In this document: positions 12,591 to 25,660 of the stretch, in pieces | Position numbering within the stretch: the first letter of the stretch is position 1 | Layout of the letters: every line of letters begins with the position of its first letter | Assembly (NCBI GenBank): GCA_030704615.1 | Contig: CM060731.1 | Coordinates: forward strand, 40,672,001 to 40,736,000 | Source of the DNA: Takakia lepidozioides | Taxonomy: Eukaryota; Plantae; Bryophyta | Direction of reading: 5' to 3' | DNA length: 64,000 nucleotides | Notes under the pieces: generated by a model | The model's input: only the letters and a program-made list of their open reading frames with translations | Told to the model about the DNA's origin: nothing | The model's database searches: none | Position numbers and translations under genes: made by a program

Positions 12591-13313
12591 TGTTGCAGCC
12601 CTTTGTCTTAAGGGCGGGGGGTCGGGACACAAGAGGGGCTGCCCCTGTGGTGGGGGCAGTGGCAACAATAGGAAAGGGGGCTAAAGCACCCTTGAGTGCC
12701 GAAGGCACTCAAGGAGGCGGTGGCACTCACTAGGTAGAGCCCCGCAAACCGGGTGGCGGTGGTGGGGGCTCCACGAGAGGGGGTGGCAACGTAGGGAGTT
12801 GTAGTGGGGGTGGCATATGACTCACCATGAGGCTGAGGCCTTATGGTGGGAGTCGTGGGAAATCTTGGGACTCACCACGGTCCATTGGGTCCGTGGTGGG
12901 TGGGCCAAGACTCACTGCGGTTCACCACTGGGACGATTGAGGGTCTAAGTGGTGGTGCACCAGATTTGGACTGTGCTACTTGAGGAAACCCCGCGGACAC
13001 CTACAAAAGTATATATAGGGAGTCGTAACCCCGAGAACGGTGCAAGCCCGTTGGTGACAAAAAACTAGTGAGTAAGCATACGTGCCGGAAAGCAACCAAG
13101 GTGTGGGGAGCTGACGGACTGCCATCTACCAAAGGGAATTTCCATTGAGCCCAACAAGTCGAGGGTCGAGTGGGAGTGTGAGGGGGACCGTTATGCCCCG
13201 GTGAGCTGCCGAAGCTCCGAGTTGGCCCGACGGCCAGTTTGGGAGTTAGGCGCACGCATCAAAGCAAGTAACTATGACTTGAAAGGAAGCTTACCGAAGT
13301 GAGATGCGTGACA
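12591..13313 (+). mobile_element. LTR copy 2 (solo-like)
   Basis: TG...GTGACA, colinear and diverged relative to 9843-10559. No TSD evident. Confidence 0.75.
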
Positions 13314-14386
13314 CATGATCTCAATTGGTTAAGTGCAGTGAATGTCACCCAGTTGATTCTTGGGTCAAATCCTGCTACTGGACGGGGGTGGTACACTATT
13401 CTCCCCCTTTCCTGGGCGGTGTCCCACTTCTACGCCTTAATGGCGCGATTACTGTGAAAGAGGTTATTTTCTCCTCTCACTATTTAGGGGTCCAAGGTGT
13501 TTCCCTTTTGAAAAAAATAAAAAATCCTTTAAGTCATGCCCAGTTTGGACCTCTTGTGTTTCATCCCCTGTTTGAAAAATGGTCCAGAATTATATTTCCA
13601 CATTCGTGTATAATAAACGGCCATCACACTTTCTTGCAGCATTTTTGCATGAGATGCATTGGTTTGTAGTCGTGCGGATGATGTTTGAAACTACATGGTT
13701 ATATTTTGAAGTACAACATTGCCGCTTGTGAATGCAAAAGTTTGCATTTTGCGTAGTATTTCTTATCAAAAATTGATGTAATTCTAATGCACTTTTCGTT
13801 TTTCTTATATTTATGTACATTGTCAAATGCCAAGCCTTTTAACATGTGCTCTACGGAAACCTCTTACATCATGATCCGACGGATTTGCAATGCTTTGATG
13901 TTCGAATGGGGGGCTTTTATAGGTGAGGGTTTTAGGTGGGGTTTTGGAATTGGGTGAGGTTACTTTATTATTCATATTCCAAATATGGTATAGCCACATG
14001 GCAATCAGCAAGGCCACAAGACAAAGTAATTATGATAGAAAAAATTATCCACCCTATTTGAACTATTAAACAAGATATCAATTATAGCTTTCATAATCAT
14101 GATATATGATGAAATACCTATACTAGATATTACTGTGGTCCGTCACGTCGTTGAGCACATATTCAACTATAAAAGAGGTTTTTTGATATTTTTCATGAAG
14201 TTCAAATGACAAAAAATACTTGAAATTCAACAGCATGGGTCCAAAAATTTATGAAACCACCTTGATGCACCCCTACTCATCAAGGCTTTTCAACAGTACT
14301 AAGAACTTGGGCAAAGGCCTTGCAACGCGACAAACAAAACAAAACAAACTACCTTGCTTATCTATTGATATTTGACAACTAAGTTC

Positions 14387-14442
14387 TAGCCAGTGGTAAT
14401 GGGCATGTACCACCTCAAAAGTGGTTGTGGGTTCAATCCACC
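14387..14442 (+). mobile_element. SINE head fragment (same family as 11095)
   Basis: TAGCCAGTGGTAAT...GTGGTTGTGGGTTCAATCCACC. Confidence 0.5.
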
Positions 14443-15743
14443 AATTGGTACGGGATTGGTGTCCATGGGGTTTTTGACCAATGTACAACCATAAAAATAA
14501 TTAATACTTTTTGGATATCAATACTAATGATATATGACACCTCCCGAATGAAGCGTGAATTATGGCCGCGTCTCCTGACGTTGAAGGACCGCTCGTGTAC
14601 CCCACCATTCGAGATGCGAATTTATTGCCTCCAAGAAGGGAGAGAGTGTGCAAGCATTTTTTGCGGCCTTGAAATTTGACATGGATCATGGAGACAGTCA
14701 TATTATAGTATTTAGACAGAGTACGAAAAACAAAAATGAGGATGAGGCAGTTAAAGCTCCAAATGCAACTGCAGTTGCAGATCTGCGGAGAAAGGTGGAT
14801 TAGGTTGAGGCTGATGCCAAAGTAAGCAACAATTTCTTTTTGTTCAAACAACTCTTGTTGGACTTCAAATAAAATGTTCAATTGGGAAAAAACATCGATA
14901 TTGAATTGATGAATGTAGTAAGTTTACATTGACATTTTTGCTTTTAATCATTTAGTTCAACAATGCTTTGTTGTATTAGCTCAGTAAAACAATCTTCTCT
15001 TTTTATTTTATTTAATGTAATCTAATGTTCTTCCATGTTTATGCAGTCCAAACTTAAATATAGTACGCAAGGTTTGGGGGTTGCCTTTGCATCAGTTTTT
15101 TACTTCTGAAGTAAACTCCAATTTGACCAAGTCAAAAAATCTAGCAGACCAATTGGAGGGTGGAAACAGCAGACATCTGGTCTTTGAGGCAAATCTAACC
15201 CTTCTCTGGCTTCTCTTTTGTGCATATGAGAGCCTAAGATGGACGAAAACACTTTGATGGCCCATGCAAGTAAAGCAATAATAACATTTTTACTAACGGG
15301 GAAACATATAGTGACATACAGTAGGAGGGGCTTCCAAATAACATTAATATTTGTATTAATTTCTATACCTTGCATTGCATTTGATCTAGTTTGCACATGT
15401 TGAGCAATTGCAACATCAAAATGTCTTCAACGTGTCAATGAAGCTTTTGGACAATGTCTTTGGGAAGTTCATAGAACTATCATCAATATAATATTAGTGA
15501 GGCTACAGATTGTGCATCATCATGCAAGGTTTTATTTGACCTCGGAGAACTCTGATCTAAATCTCATTCATCTACTTGTGTCTTCAACATTTCACTCTCA
15601 TTTATCTCTCCCCATCAATTTGAGATAATTTCATGTGCCAATAGATAAAGAGGAGAGATTATACATGTAAATCAACAGTGTTCTTCAACTTCCTCATATC
15701 ATGCTCGAACATCTCTAAATAAAATCCGGCCGCGAGAAGTCAT

Positions 15744-16628
15744 CTAAGACCACGCTCTGCGAGTGCAAAACGCGACTTGTGTCACAGCTCCGAAATCAGG
15801 AACCATAGGTGGAATGGCTACCATTGTACGGTCCCCATCATCATCAATCGGACCAGGAATGCACGCTGGTCCGATGACGATATCAAAATCGTGCTGAACA
15901 CTAGCTCTCACTCCAAACAAGTTGTTCGCGCAAAAGATCACCCACTCTGCATCAGCATATTGGAACCACTGAACAACAAAAGGGAGAGCGGAACCTGGAG
16001 GAGGTCGGATCCCATGCAAAATATCAATATCTAGACTAAAAGCGAGAACAAACACTGTATCTCCGGGATGCCTTCGAGTCTTCACATGTAGAGGATGCTC
16101 AAACGCGTGCCTCAGTGAACTACTAGTGTAAAACGCAAGATACATAGAGAATTCATTACGGACTGGAAAAGGATCTATGCCATATATTACTAATCCATGT
16201 CTAGATACAACATCATGCATCCCAAATAAAAAAGACCTCTCCGCAATGGTAGTCAGCCACCCTACAACCCTCTTCTTTGGAGTACTGAAAGTCGGTAGGG
16301 TGACATCAAGAATAGATACCTCAGAAAAATGTTGCAAACTTGCAACTCTTCTGCCCTGACCACCCCCTCTCCCTCCTCTCCCTCCCCTCCCATCTCCTCT
16401 CCCTCGCCCTATCAGACCTGTACCACCCTGCTCCACAACGGGTAAACTTCCCGAGGCTCCTCCCCCCCTTCGTAGACTACGTCGATTGCGGACAGGAATA
16501 AAATCGTCCTCTGAATGTGAGAAGCGAGATGAGTAAAAAAAATATGGAATCTCCTCTAAAACCCGCAAACCCACTTTGCAGCCTGACCATTCAGGGAAGA
16601 AGAATAAAATCGAATGATGATGTTCCAT
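15744..16628 (-). CDS. Unassigned ~290-codon ORF with an RGG-rich segment
   Basis: Long open frame containing GRGRGDGRGGRGGRGGG, with a candidate acceptor GGTCAG at ~16583. No recognisable domain. Confidence 0.35.
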   Translation of the reverse strand: MEHHHSILFFFPEWSGCKVGLRVLEEIPYFFYSSRFSHSEDDFIPVRNRRSLRRGGGASGSLPVVEQGGTGLIGRGRGDGRGGRGGRGGGQGRRVASLQHFSEVSILDVTLPTFSTPKKRVVGWLTTIAERSFLFGMHDVVSRHGLVIYGIDPFPVRNEFSMYLAFYTSSSLRHAFEHPLHVKTRRHPGDTVFVLAFSLDIDILHGIRPPPGSALPFVVQWFQYADAEWVIFCANNLFGVRASVQHDFDIVIGPACIPGPIDDDGDRTMVAIPPMVPDFGAVTQVAFCTRRAWS

Positions 16629-16877
16629 TCAATCAGAGATGTCATTAAATGCATACCTCATCTTGCAACTGATAGAGCCTGGAAATCGACCGTCACAACC
16701 TCATCCTTTTATTTAAAAAATACAATCACCCCAAAGAAGCCTGTCCTAGTGCAAATTTCAAAGGATACCACCCTTGTAAGTATGCCTGACCATTCAGGGA
16801 AGAATAATAAAATCGAATGATGATTTTCCATTCAATCAGAGATGTCACTTTAAATGCAAACCTCATCTTGCAACTGA
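16581..16877. repeat. ~92-bp direct repeat pair (16581-16672, 16784-16877)
   Basis: GCCTGACCATTCAGGGAAGAA...CCTCATCTTGCAACTGA occurs twice. Confidence 0.9.
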
Positions 16878-18094
16878 CATTGAGGAATGAAAAGCCTCCA
16901 ACGTCAACGGCTCTATAATGACAAATACAACGAATGGCGGCCATAGTCTTCCACCATATCACATCTTGATGCATTGACAGGATTCCAATCTTGGCGGACC
17001 ATAGCTGGAACTGGCTGCCTCGGATCTGGAAATCACGTCATTTTCATCACTATCCGCATCACGATCCGCATCACTATCCTCTATCAAGGACCTATCATCT
17101 CCAATCTCTTGCCCTCCCAATAGGTGGAGAGATTTTAGAATTTCAACTTGTTCGGGACTAATAGAGATTTGGCACACGTCACTTCCACAGTATCGCACTT
17201 CCCGCAAGGATGCAAGTCCTGGTGCAGTACTCGAGCACATGGCTTCTCGTCCCTCATGAGTTTGACCCTAAGTGCGTGAGTGAAATTCACGTATCCGCGA
17301 AATGGGGTGAAACCTTCATTATGGTACTCAGGGACTAGGACCTGTCTGGTCTGATAGGGTAGACGAGTTGTACCCGTCCAAGGCACATAGCGATGAGGGT
17401 AGGCCATGCAGTACTCAAGAAAATAATTGGAATTGCATCGTACTCCAAGATGATGCCAATGTATACTCGCACATTTCGCATGTTTATATGCGATGGCTCA
17501 GCATCCTTCGTGTGCCACTGACCGCAAATGGGAATGAACGCTGAAGGGGACGCCTCATTCAAACAATCCGGATACGGGATACCAATCAAGTACAGTTTGT
17601 ACACTTCAATCTCGAGAGCCATGACTGCAAAACAAAGAAGAAAAGTGTCAAAGATGAAAGTGCGGATAAGTGATACAACTGCATATATAGCTTCATTTCT
17701 TTCCTAATCATTTAACCTTTCTCATAATTATGAAACTGTAGCAACTAATGCATCTTATGGTCGTCTATGCTAAACGTGAAAGCAAGAAGCAAGACAGGAA
17801 CTCGATAACAGAAGAAGGAAAAATGAGAAATCAAGAGGACGTTTCAACCGTTTTTAAAAATTTTAATTTTAATTTTCGTGAAATTGTTGTTTTATTTTTT
17901 GGAATTGTCGTCGGCTGCGGAAAAAAGTATGACAACTAATAGACCTTATGGTCGTCCACCCTAAACCAACTCCCTAACTGTCAATTATTAATTTTGGTAT
18001 TATTTTTTAATAATAATAAATATACAATATAATAATATAATCATAATTGGAATTTAGTTATTTATTAACTAAAAATATATTATAAAAATAAAAA

Positions 18095-18415
18095 TAAATG
18101 ACATATATGCATAAAACACATGCATCAATGGATTTTGAAATAAAAAAGAAATAACATGTAAACTTTGTTTATTCATACTAAAATATCATATTATAACAAC
18201 ATTATAGACAATTTACGAGAAAACAACCAAAAGTGATTTATCAAAATTAAAATTAACTTTTAAAATGACATATATGCATAAAACACATACATCAATGGGT
18301 TTTGAAATTTAAAAAAAAAAACCTAGACTTTGTTTATTCATTCTAAAATATCATATTGTAAAATCTTATAACAACATTATAGATAAATTACGAGAAAACA
18401 ACCAAAAGTGATTTG
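18095..18415. repeat. AT-rich ~150-bp tandem duplication upstream of H2A
   Basis: AAATGACATATATGCATAAAACACA...GAGAAAACAACCAAAAGTGATTT occurs twice. Confidence 0.85.
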
Positions 18416-18515
18416 ATTATTAAAGATCCGTAAATTATTTGATATTTTGATTTAAACGGGGTTACAAAATACTTTGTAAGAAAACCATGTAGGGAATATT
18501 ATCACACTAACCGCT

Positions 18516-18546
<31 letters not shown>

Positions 18547-18587
18547 AACATCTCATTATATATATCTCTTTTCGACCTTTGTAAGTC

Positions 18588-19953
18588 ATGGCTAGAGGAA
18601 TATCAAGGAAGAAGTCGATATCAAAGTCAACAAGAGCAGGCTTGCAATTCCCAGTAAGTAGGCTAGCTCGCTACTTGAAGCAAGGCAAATATGCTGCACG
18701 TGTGGGGGCGGGGGCACCTGTATATCTCGCTGCAGTCCTTGAATATCTTGCTGCCGAGGTAGAGATGCAAATCACAAGAAATATTATATTGGTTACATGA
18801 ATCATAGTATGTTTTCATAAATTGTCTGAATATTAAATATATTATATTAAAATTATATATGTATGTATTTAAAAATGACACAAATACTCAAGATCAACAT
18901 TGTATTGCTTATAAAACATTTGCAAATATAACTTTGTGCCTTCAGAAATATCATCATAATGTTCATGTTGCAAGACATGTTTAAAACCATTTAACCTTTG
19001 AGCGCATTAACATATAAATAACTTAAGAATCCATGCGTCTGGTCTTTAAATTGTTTTACCATATAAGTAACTTGATGCTTATTCATATTGATTTGTTGGT
19101 TTTTCTCTTTTTAAACTTCAATTCAACTTTGTAGAGCACCATGATTGACAAGGGTTGTGGAGACTATGTCCATTAGGACCTTAAAATATCTTACAATGCA
19201 TCATGATTGCATATTAAATCTGAATATGACATAATTCATCATGATGTACAAAACCTCACAATGTGCAATAAGAATATAATTACATTGTAATTATGTTATT
19301 CATGATATTTATCACTATATATTTATTTAGATCAATAATATCAAATCTGTTTTGACCATAATCAGCCATAGTTGCATGCATTATCAAAATGAGCATGAGT
19401 TTCATCCATGTTGGCCGTTGATAGGACTTACAAACTTGTACTTTATTTAGAGTAAATATCAGTTTTTGTTATATACGTTAATGTCAAGTTTATAAAAATA
19501 ATTTACTCATCAATAATGAGAAATAATGTATTCAAATATCATTTTGAGTTTACTATGGATCATTTCATGAGTTAGAGTGTGCTTTTGGTGAAAATTCAAT
19601 ATAGTATAATTATACATGTTTGTATGTTATTATATATATAAAATAATAATTTAAAATGACATGTGTCATGGGATGTTGTCCTCCGACTCAAATAGGTGCT
19701 TGAGCTAGCTGGAAATGCATCTCGGGACAACAAAAAAACGAGAATCATACCTCGTCATATTCAATTAGCTGTCAGAAATGACGAAGAGTTGGGCAAACTA
19801 CTGGCGGGTGTCACAATTCCGCATGGTGGTGTATTGCCTAACATCCATGGTGTTCTCTTGCCTAAGAAAACTGTCGCAACAAAACCTGAGCGTAGACATC
19901 CCAATGTGGCTTTGAAGAAGCATCTACAGAAGACTCATGGTTATCGACATTGA
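18588..19953 (+). CDS. H2A: Histone H2A variant, 142 aa; exons 18588-18758 and 19696-19953
   Basis: [30 protein letters not shown] | [44 protein letters not shown]. The GT-AG intron is at the conserved plant H2A position. A (CT)n tract lies upstream. Confidence 0.93.
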
Positions 19954-21809
19954 ACATATTTCACTATGCATATTGTCGATGAGAATCAATCTACAACTTG
20001 AACGTACAAATAATGATAACAAAGAGTTTCAAAATTGTTATGTCCAAGTAACAACAACGAAGTATATCTGAAGGCAACATAATTTTTTTAATAGCTTCTA
20101 AATATATCACTTTAAAAAAAGTAACATAAACATAAACATAAATATATGCTTATCATAACTACACCTAAGACCATCATTCGTTAATGAACTATTGTATATG
20201 ATATCACTCTACTAGTCAACCATCATTACATACAATGTTTTAATCGTATTTTTTTATTTAAATATAATACATATTATTATATCGTATCATATAACGTCGT
20301 CTCATTGTCCAACACTCTAATATGATAGATACAATATCGATAGTAATGTTGTGATTAAAATAACCTAAACTAAAATAATATTAAAGATGAAGTACTTTAA
20401 CTTGTATTATAATATATATCATCAAGTGTTTCTTCATGTAGTATATGCCATTTTTACCTATAACTGATAAATCATTGTAACATCTTTGTGGATAGTAACA
20501 TGTATGCATGACAATCTAATAATCTTGATATGATTTTAGATACTTGTTTGTGCATATTTTGTGACTATTTGACTTCAACTTAGGTGATGGATTATTCATG
20601 ATGCAATAATTAGCGTTACATTTTTAAATTTGGTTGCATTGTATGTTCTTATCCTCCACATTGCATAGCACAACAATAAACCCACAGGAAATGTGGTTTT
20701 TGTTTATTTTGTTGATTTCTGTGAGGCATTTGACTCAAGCTTTGGACCATCTATATGCTATTCAAGCCATGCCATGTTATAGCAGATGTCATAAGAATGG
20801 TATATATATATTCTTGATAAGAGGGGTCCATAGAACTTAGCCCTCCAATTTTATTGATGCGGGAAAAACAAATTGATAGTTGGGAAAGCCGAGGTAGATG
20901 TTTTTGGATGTTTTTGTCAAATACGGTTGGTCCCTCATACCCACTAGTTTGTAGATTAATTATTGACAGATGGTCTTGGGTACCGTCGTGGCTATTCTAC
21001 TTTATGCAAACAATATTTTTAATTCTTTCCCATTAAGCTAGGTCTTCAATGCCTTAATTACTATCTTGGGCTCTATTTTTCCCTATATTTGAGGTATACT
21101 AGCCGATAAGCCACTTGTTCCAGACAAACATTATGATATATATTTTAAAAAAAAAAATTGCTCTGGTCTCTTCTTTGTCGCTATGTACTGCAGGCTTCTT
21201 TTTTATACCGTGATCCCTCTTCTCTTCGTTATTTTGGGAGGAAGCAGGGTCTTCCTGGGTTAGCCTCAATGGAGCCTTATGAGGTTATTTTGTTTTCATT
21301 GTAATTGTTATTGTAAAACTTACAATTGTAATTGCAGAATGTTGTGGAATGGATGCCATAGTTTTAGAAGTATTTCCCATTTCAGGTATTTTGATGGTAT
21401 TCTTGATGGTATTTTGGTTTCATGTTCTCTAAATTCATCCCACGGTCATAGGACCCTCGGGTATAGGCGCCGTATGTTTCGGTTGACGTGATGGATGTTG
21501 ACATGCACGTCAACATTCGACACCATGGCAACCTGCTGGCATTACGCTCACGCCACGTCACCAGTGTGTGAGCGTACGCTCACATGCTCACGCGTGAGGC
21601 TCATGCAGTTGCGTCGTTGGTTTCTTGGTCGTCTAGCTTTGTGTTGGCACCATGCCTTCGCTGCAACTCCTCCTAACTTCAAATACAAACTTTTCTTTGG
21701 CGGGTCTGCCCCTTCGAACAGCAATGTCCAGACCTCCTCGGAAGGCAAGTCTATAGTGTCAGTCCCACCTAAGCCAGTCACAACAGCCCCTGTCCAGGTC
21801 TCAGAGGTA

Positions 21810-23939
21810 GAGAAACGATTGAAGAGAAAGGAATATGAGAGACATAGAGCTTTTCAAGACTTTTGGAGTGCAAAACTTTCTTGGGCCGAATATGTCAAGG
21901 GTGAGGATGGTCAAATGTAGCAGGTTCGGTGCAAGGTATGTATTGCCATTGATGGCAAGGAAAGATTATTGGCTCTAAAGTGGTAGGAAGAAGGCCAAGG
22001 CAGGGAACCCAGATATGGAGGAAGGAACCATCTATTACAATCCCGAATCCTTACACCGAGAAATTGTATGTTGCAAGTCTTCATGCTAATGTAGCAACAA
22101 AGTTAGCCATGGGAGAGGTAGTTGACAGGAGGATTCAATTTGCCATTATTTTTTGGTTGCTTCGAGAGGGTCGTCTTATGACAGAGTATGAGTCGGTGAA
22201 GGATCTGCTTGGATTCTTGAAGCTCAAGAATCTTCCAAGGAAACACTGGTCAGACAATTTGGGCTGGGACATCGCCGAGTGCATGCACGATGTGGTGCGC
22301 CAACGCACTAAAGAGGTCTTCCAAGCCTCTCATTTTGTTGCTGTTAGTGCAGATGAAGCTAGCACGAAGGAAAATGAGACATGGCTCTGCATACATGGGT
22401 ATGTGGTGTCCGATTAATGGCGTCGAGTCCCTCTACTGCTGAACTTGGAGAGAGTGACTGTGGAGGCAACTGCAGACAACCTATATACAGCCGTGCTCAA
22501 TGCTATTATGAGCCATGGAGGCCTAACTGACATACAAATCGCTGAAAGGTTCATGTCGATGGGAGTTGACGGGGGTTATGTATTTGAGGGTTGCCGCACT
22601 GGGGTCAACCAGCAGTTGAAGGAGAAAGTGGGGCCTTTCTTGGTACCTGTGCATTGTGCCGCACATCGTTGCAACTTGGCCATTCAGAGCCTTTCGAATC
22701 TTTTCATAGTGCACCGATTGGAGGATCTTTTACAATCTTTGAATCTATAAGCACGTACAGGAGCTGAAGAACTTCGCAGCTCTGTTAGAGACGAAAGATA
22801 ACAAAATCCTCTGAAACGTCAAAACTCGCTGGATCTCAATGTTGTCGCCAGCCAAGAGGGTTATGGTTGAGTTCAAGCCTCTTCTTTGCAAGCTGTGGGA
22901 GGATTTGACAAAGAATCCAACTGCTAAGAATAACTTTGCGAAGTTGCTAGATCTAGAATTGTTGTTGGGTATGTAATGTTTGATGCCCCTTCTTGAGCTT
23001 GCTCACTTGGTCATCAAGCTTGCACAGAACTGAGATATATATGTTTGTGACTTTGTGGATGCGATCCGCCTTTGCCGCACCAAGTTGCATGAGTTCTACC
23101 TGTCTGCACAAGAGAAGTTTCAAGATCAGGCTTTTGCAACATACCGCAACCTTGTGGCAGGCCGTTATGAGGCTTTGCCAATCATTTTCCAGTGGTGTGA
23201 TGTTGTAAATGCCGAGGCTTGTGCTATTGTATTCAATGGTAGATTTGCTTGGATACATTGGACGAACCCTTTGACTGGTGTGCTTGACCTTGTGTCACAT
23301 GAGACCTTCACGACAGTCAGACTGTCAGTTGAGCGCCAGTGCTTGGAGGCAGCCGAGCAATTGTCTATGGAGCTCGATCGGCGTTTCCCCAATCAGGAAA
23401 TGATGAATACTTTGGGGGTTGTATACCCAAGGTATTGGGTAGATGAGGATATTGAAGACCTTTTTGCATGTCATTTGGAAGTGATCAAGTCATTCTATTG
23501 TGTGGAAAAGAAGCTTGGGGATCTGATGGTTCCAGCTCCACTTAACAGCATGAAGCTTGATTCCCAAGCTACAACCTTCAAGACAACTATGTTGCACAAT
23601 GCCAAGCAGATATTGGAGGCTGATGGGAAGCAATGTAGCCATTTCAGGGTAATGTGGCTCCTTGTGTCCAGCTCTAAGATGCTTGTTCAAAGCATGTCTG
23701 AATACATAAAACTTGCGAAACTTGCCATGATTCACCTTTTGGGCTCAGTCGAAGATGAACGGGTCTTCAGCACTGTGACCTTCATGAACGGCAAGGTTCA
23801 GAACTGCTTGACAGATCACCTTGATCTTACTGTGAGGATGTTCTCACATGATTTCTACACCATGGAGAATTTTCCTTATACCCAAGCCATTTCAGCGTGG
23901 ATGAGCAGGAAGAAGTGTCGTTATGTAGTAGAATCTTAG
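21810..23939 (+). mobile_element. hAT transposase pseudogene (ZNF862-like type)
   Basis: VRCKVC zinc-finger remnant, VAVSADE, MGVDG, HCAAHRCNLA, KTRWISM, and the C-terminal dimerisation motif GSVEDERVFS..HLDLTVRMF. Multiple stops. A terminal repeat-like end ..CCAAAATAAAATTGTTG is at 24594-24610. Confidence 0.9.
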
Positions 23940-24610
23940 GCAATCTGGAATGGTTGCAGGGTTTCGGTGATCTGGTGTTTTGCTGTAGTCACCCTCTTTT
24001 GTTTGGAAATGTGATGGGCCAAGCAACCACTCATGATCCATGGCCCCTACTGATTCTTTCCTATGGGCTGCTTTCCTGGATCTTTGGCTTCCTTGCATAC
24101 ATGTGAAGCTTGATACAAGCATATGGTTTCCTAATGATTGCTCTAATAATTTTTCCTTACCTTCAGTGGCGTGCACACTATATCCATTCCCTGGCCATAT
24201 AATTGGTTATGAATGTTTGCATATCTGACTTGTGTGTGTGTATTAATGAGACTTGTGTTGCAGTTGGGTAAGGTCTATGAGGTCGAGGTTCAACCCCTCC
24301 AGAAGTCATTGTCTTATCATCGTGTATGCTTTTGTTTGCTGGTTTGTTGCTCAAATGCCAAGCTCTTCATGCATAATCGCCATTTCACCTATATGTGCAA
24401 CTCGACAGTAGCCAAAAAAACCCACCAGGAACTGACCAATTCGCAGACAACGATAGAAAAATTCTGCAACTCGCCACTAGCAACAACAAAATTCCATCCA
24501 CTCGCCACAAGTTACTACTACTGTAACAACCGTCTAGTCACACTCCATATAGGCAGCCATTAGGTGGAGGCCACCTCACCGATCAAATTGAAACCAAAAT
24601 AAAATTGTTG

Positions 24611-25660
24611 GATCCGATAACCTCACTGTAGATGAGGAAATTCAGGTCTTGGCTCAAGATATTTGCCAGAAAGATTTTCCAAGTGGCTTGAATCATCGCT
24701 TTTCCTGGTATTGCACTAGGAATTTCTTTATTAGGGCTGCCTCTGAAATGAGGGCTATTATGGACGTTGATTTCTCTATTGAAGATACATTATGGGAAGA
24801 ATTCTCTGATACAAGCCCGGATTCTCAAAAAATTGGAAAGTTGATCTTGCTCATTACGACATTCAGAATATCCGGAAGCCGTTTGATTGCCCTATCCTTG
24901 GTGTACTCGACACTTTCCAAAGACTTCAAGAGCGCAGACCTATGTGGACTGCAGAAAAGCCTGCACCACACCCGTTATTTGTGACACCATTGCCGAAATT
25001 CAAATATGAGGGATCATGTCTAGTTTTCGAAAGGTCCAATAGGACGCAATACGTTGAGCGGGATGACTAAGCGTATGACCTTGGACATTCTAGGATTGGA
25101 TACCAAAATCATTAGCAACAAATCAGGAAGGAGTACCGGAATTACACAAATGCTTGAAGGATATGTGCCACCACGCATTGGCATGGCCATTGCAGGGCAC
25201 AGGGGTCAAGAGAGTTACGAGAAGTACTCTCGAGTGAATAGTATGTTGAAGGAACGCGCTGCTCAGAGAGTTATATCAGGTGAGTTGCGTAATGGCAAAC
25301 CTATCTTGTTTTTAGATGCACACGGAGAGGATATGGTGCAAATATGGTGCTATACAGGGTTCAGCAACTACTAACGTTGATCCACCTCGAGAAGTTCTTG
25401 GTCAAATTTCAGGCAATACGGTGCCTACTGAGGTTCATGGAACCAACAAGAGCATGGCAATTATGCGGGTTCCTGACAAGGGGAACGTTGATGAGTATCT
25501 CAATATTCCTGATTCACTTTTTGTACAAGCTGAGCAAGAGCTGGTTTCAAGTGATGCTTCTATGCTTCGTCATTTTCCATCGTCTTCTAACACACATGTT
25601 GGCCACAATTTCTCAAACTTTCAGAATTGTACAATCACTTTGAATCTATCATCTGATTTA
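24611..25660 (+). mobile_element. Crypton-like (DUF3504-type) tyrosine recombinase, catalytic C-terminal half, degenerate
   Basis: SDNLTVDEEIQVL..PSGL..NFFIRAASE (R), SKNWK (K), PIGRNTL, ISNKSGRSTGIT (K/HxxR), IAGHRGQESYEKY (H, Y), and tail FQNCTITLN. Read across 2-3 frameshifts and one stop. Confidence 0.8.

Noticed and set aside
9843-13313. One intact LTR element bounded by the two LTRs
   Set aside because: No shared TSD, no PBS after the first copy, a PPT-like tract precedes the first copy, and the copies are clearly diverged.
13316-13390. tRNA gene or primer-binding site after LTR copy 2
   Set aside because: Only degenerate A/B boxes; no cloverleaf and no TGG-starting PBS.
15847-15866. 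miR166-like TCGGACCAGG
   Set aside because: Only a 10-nt match and no precursor hairpin.
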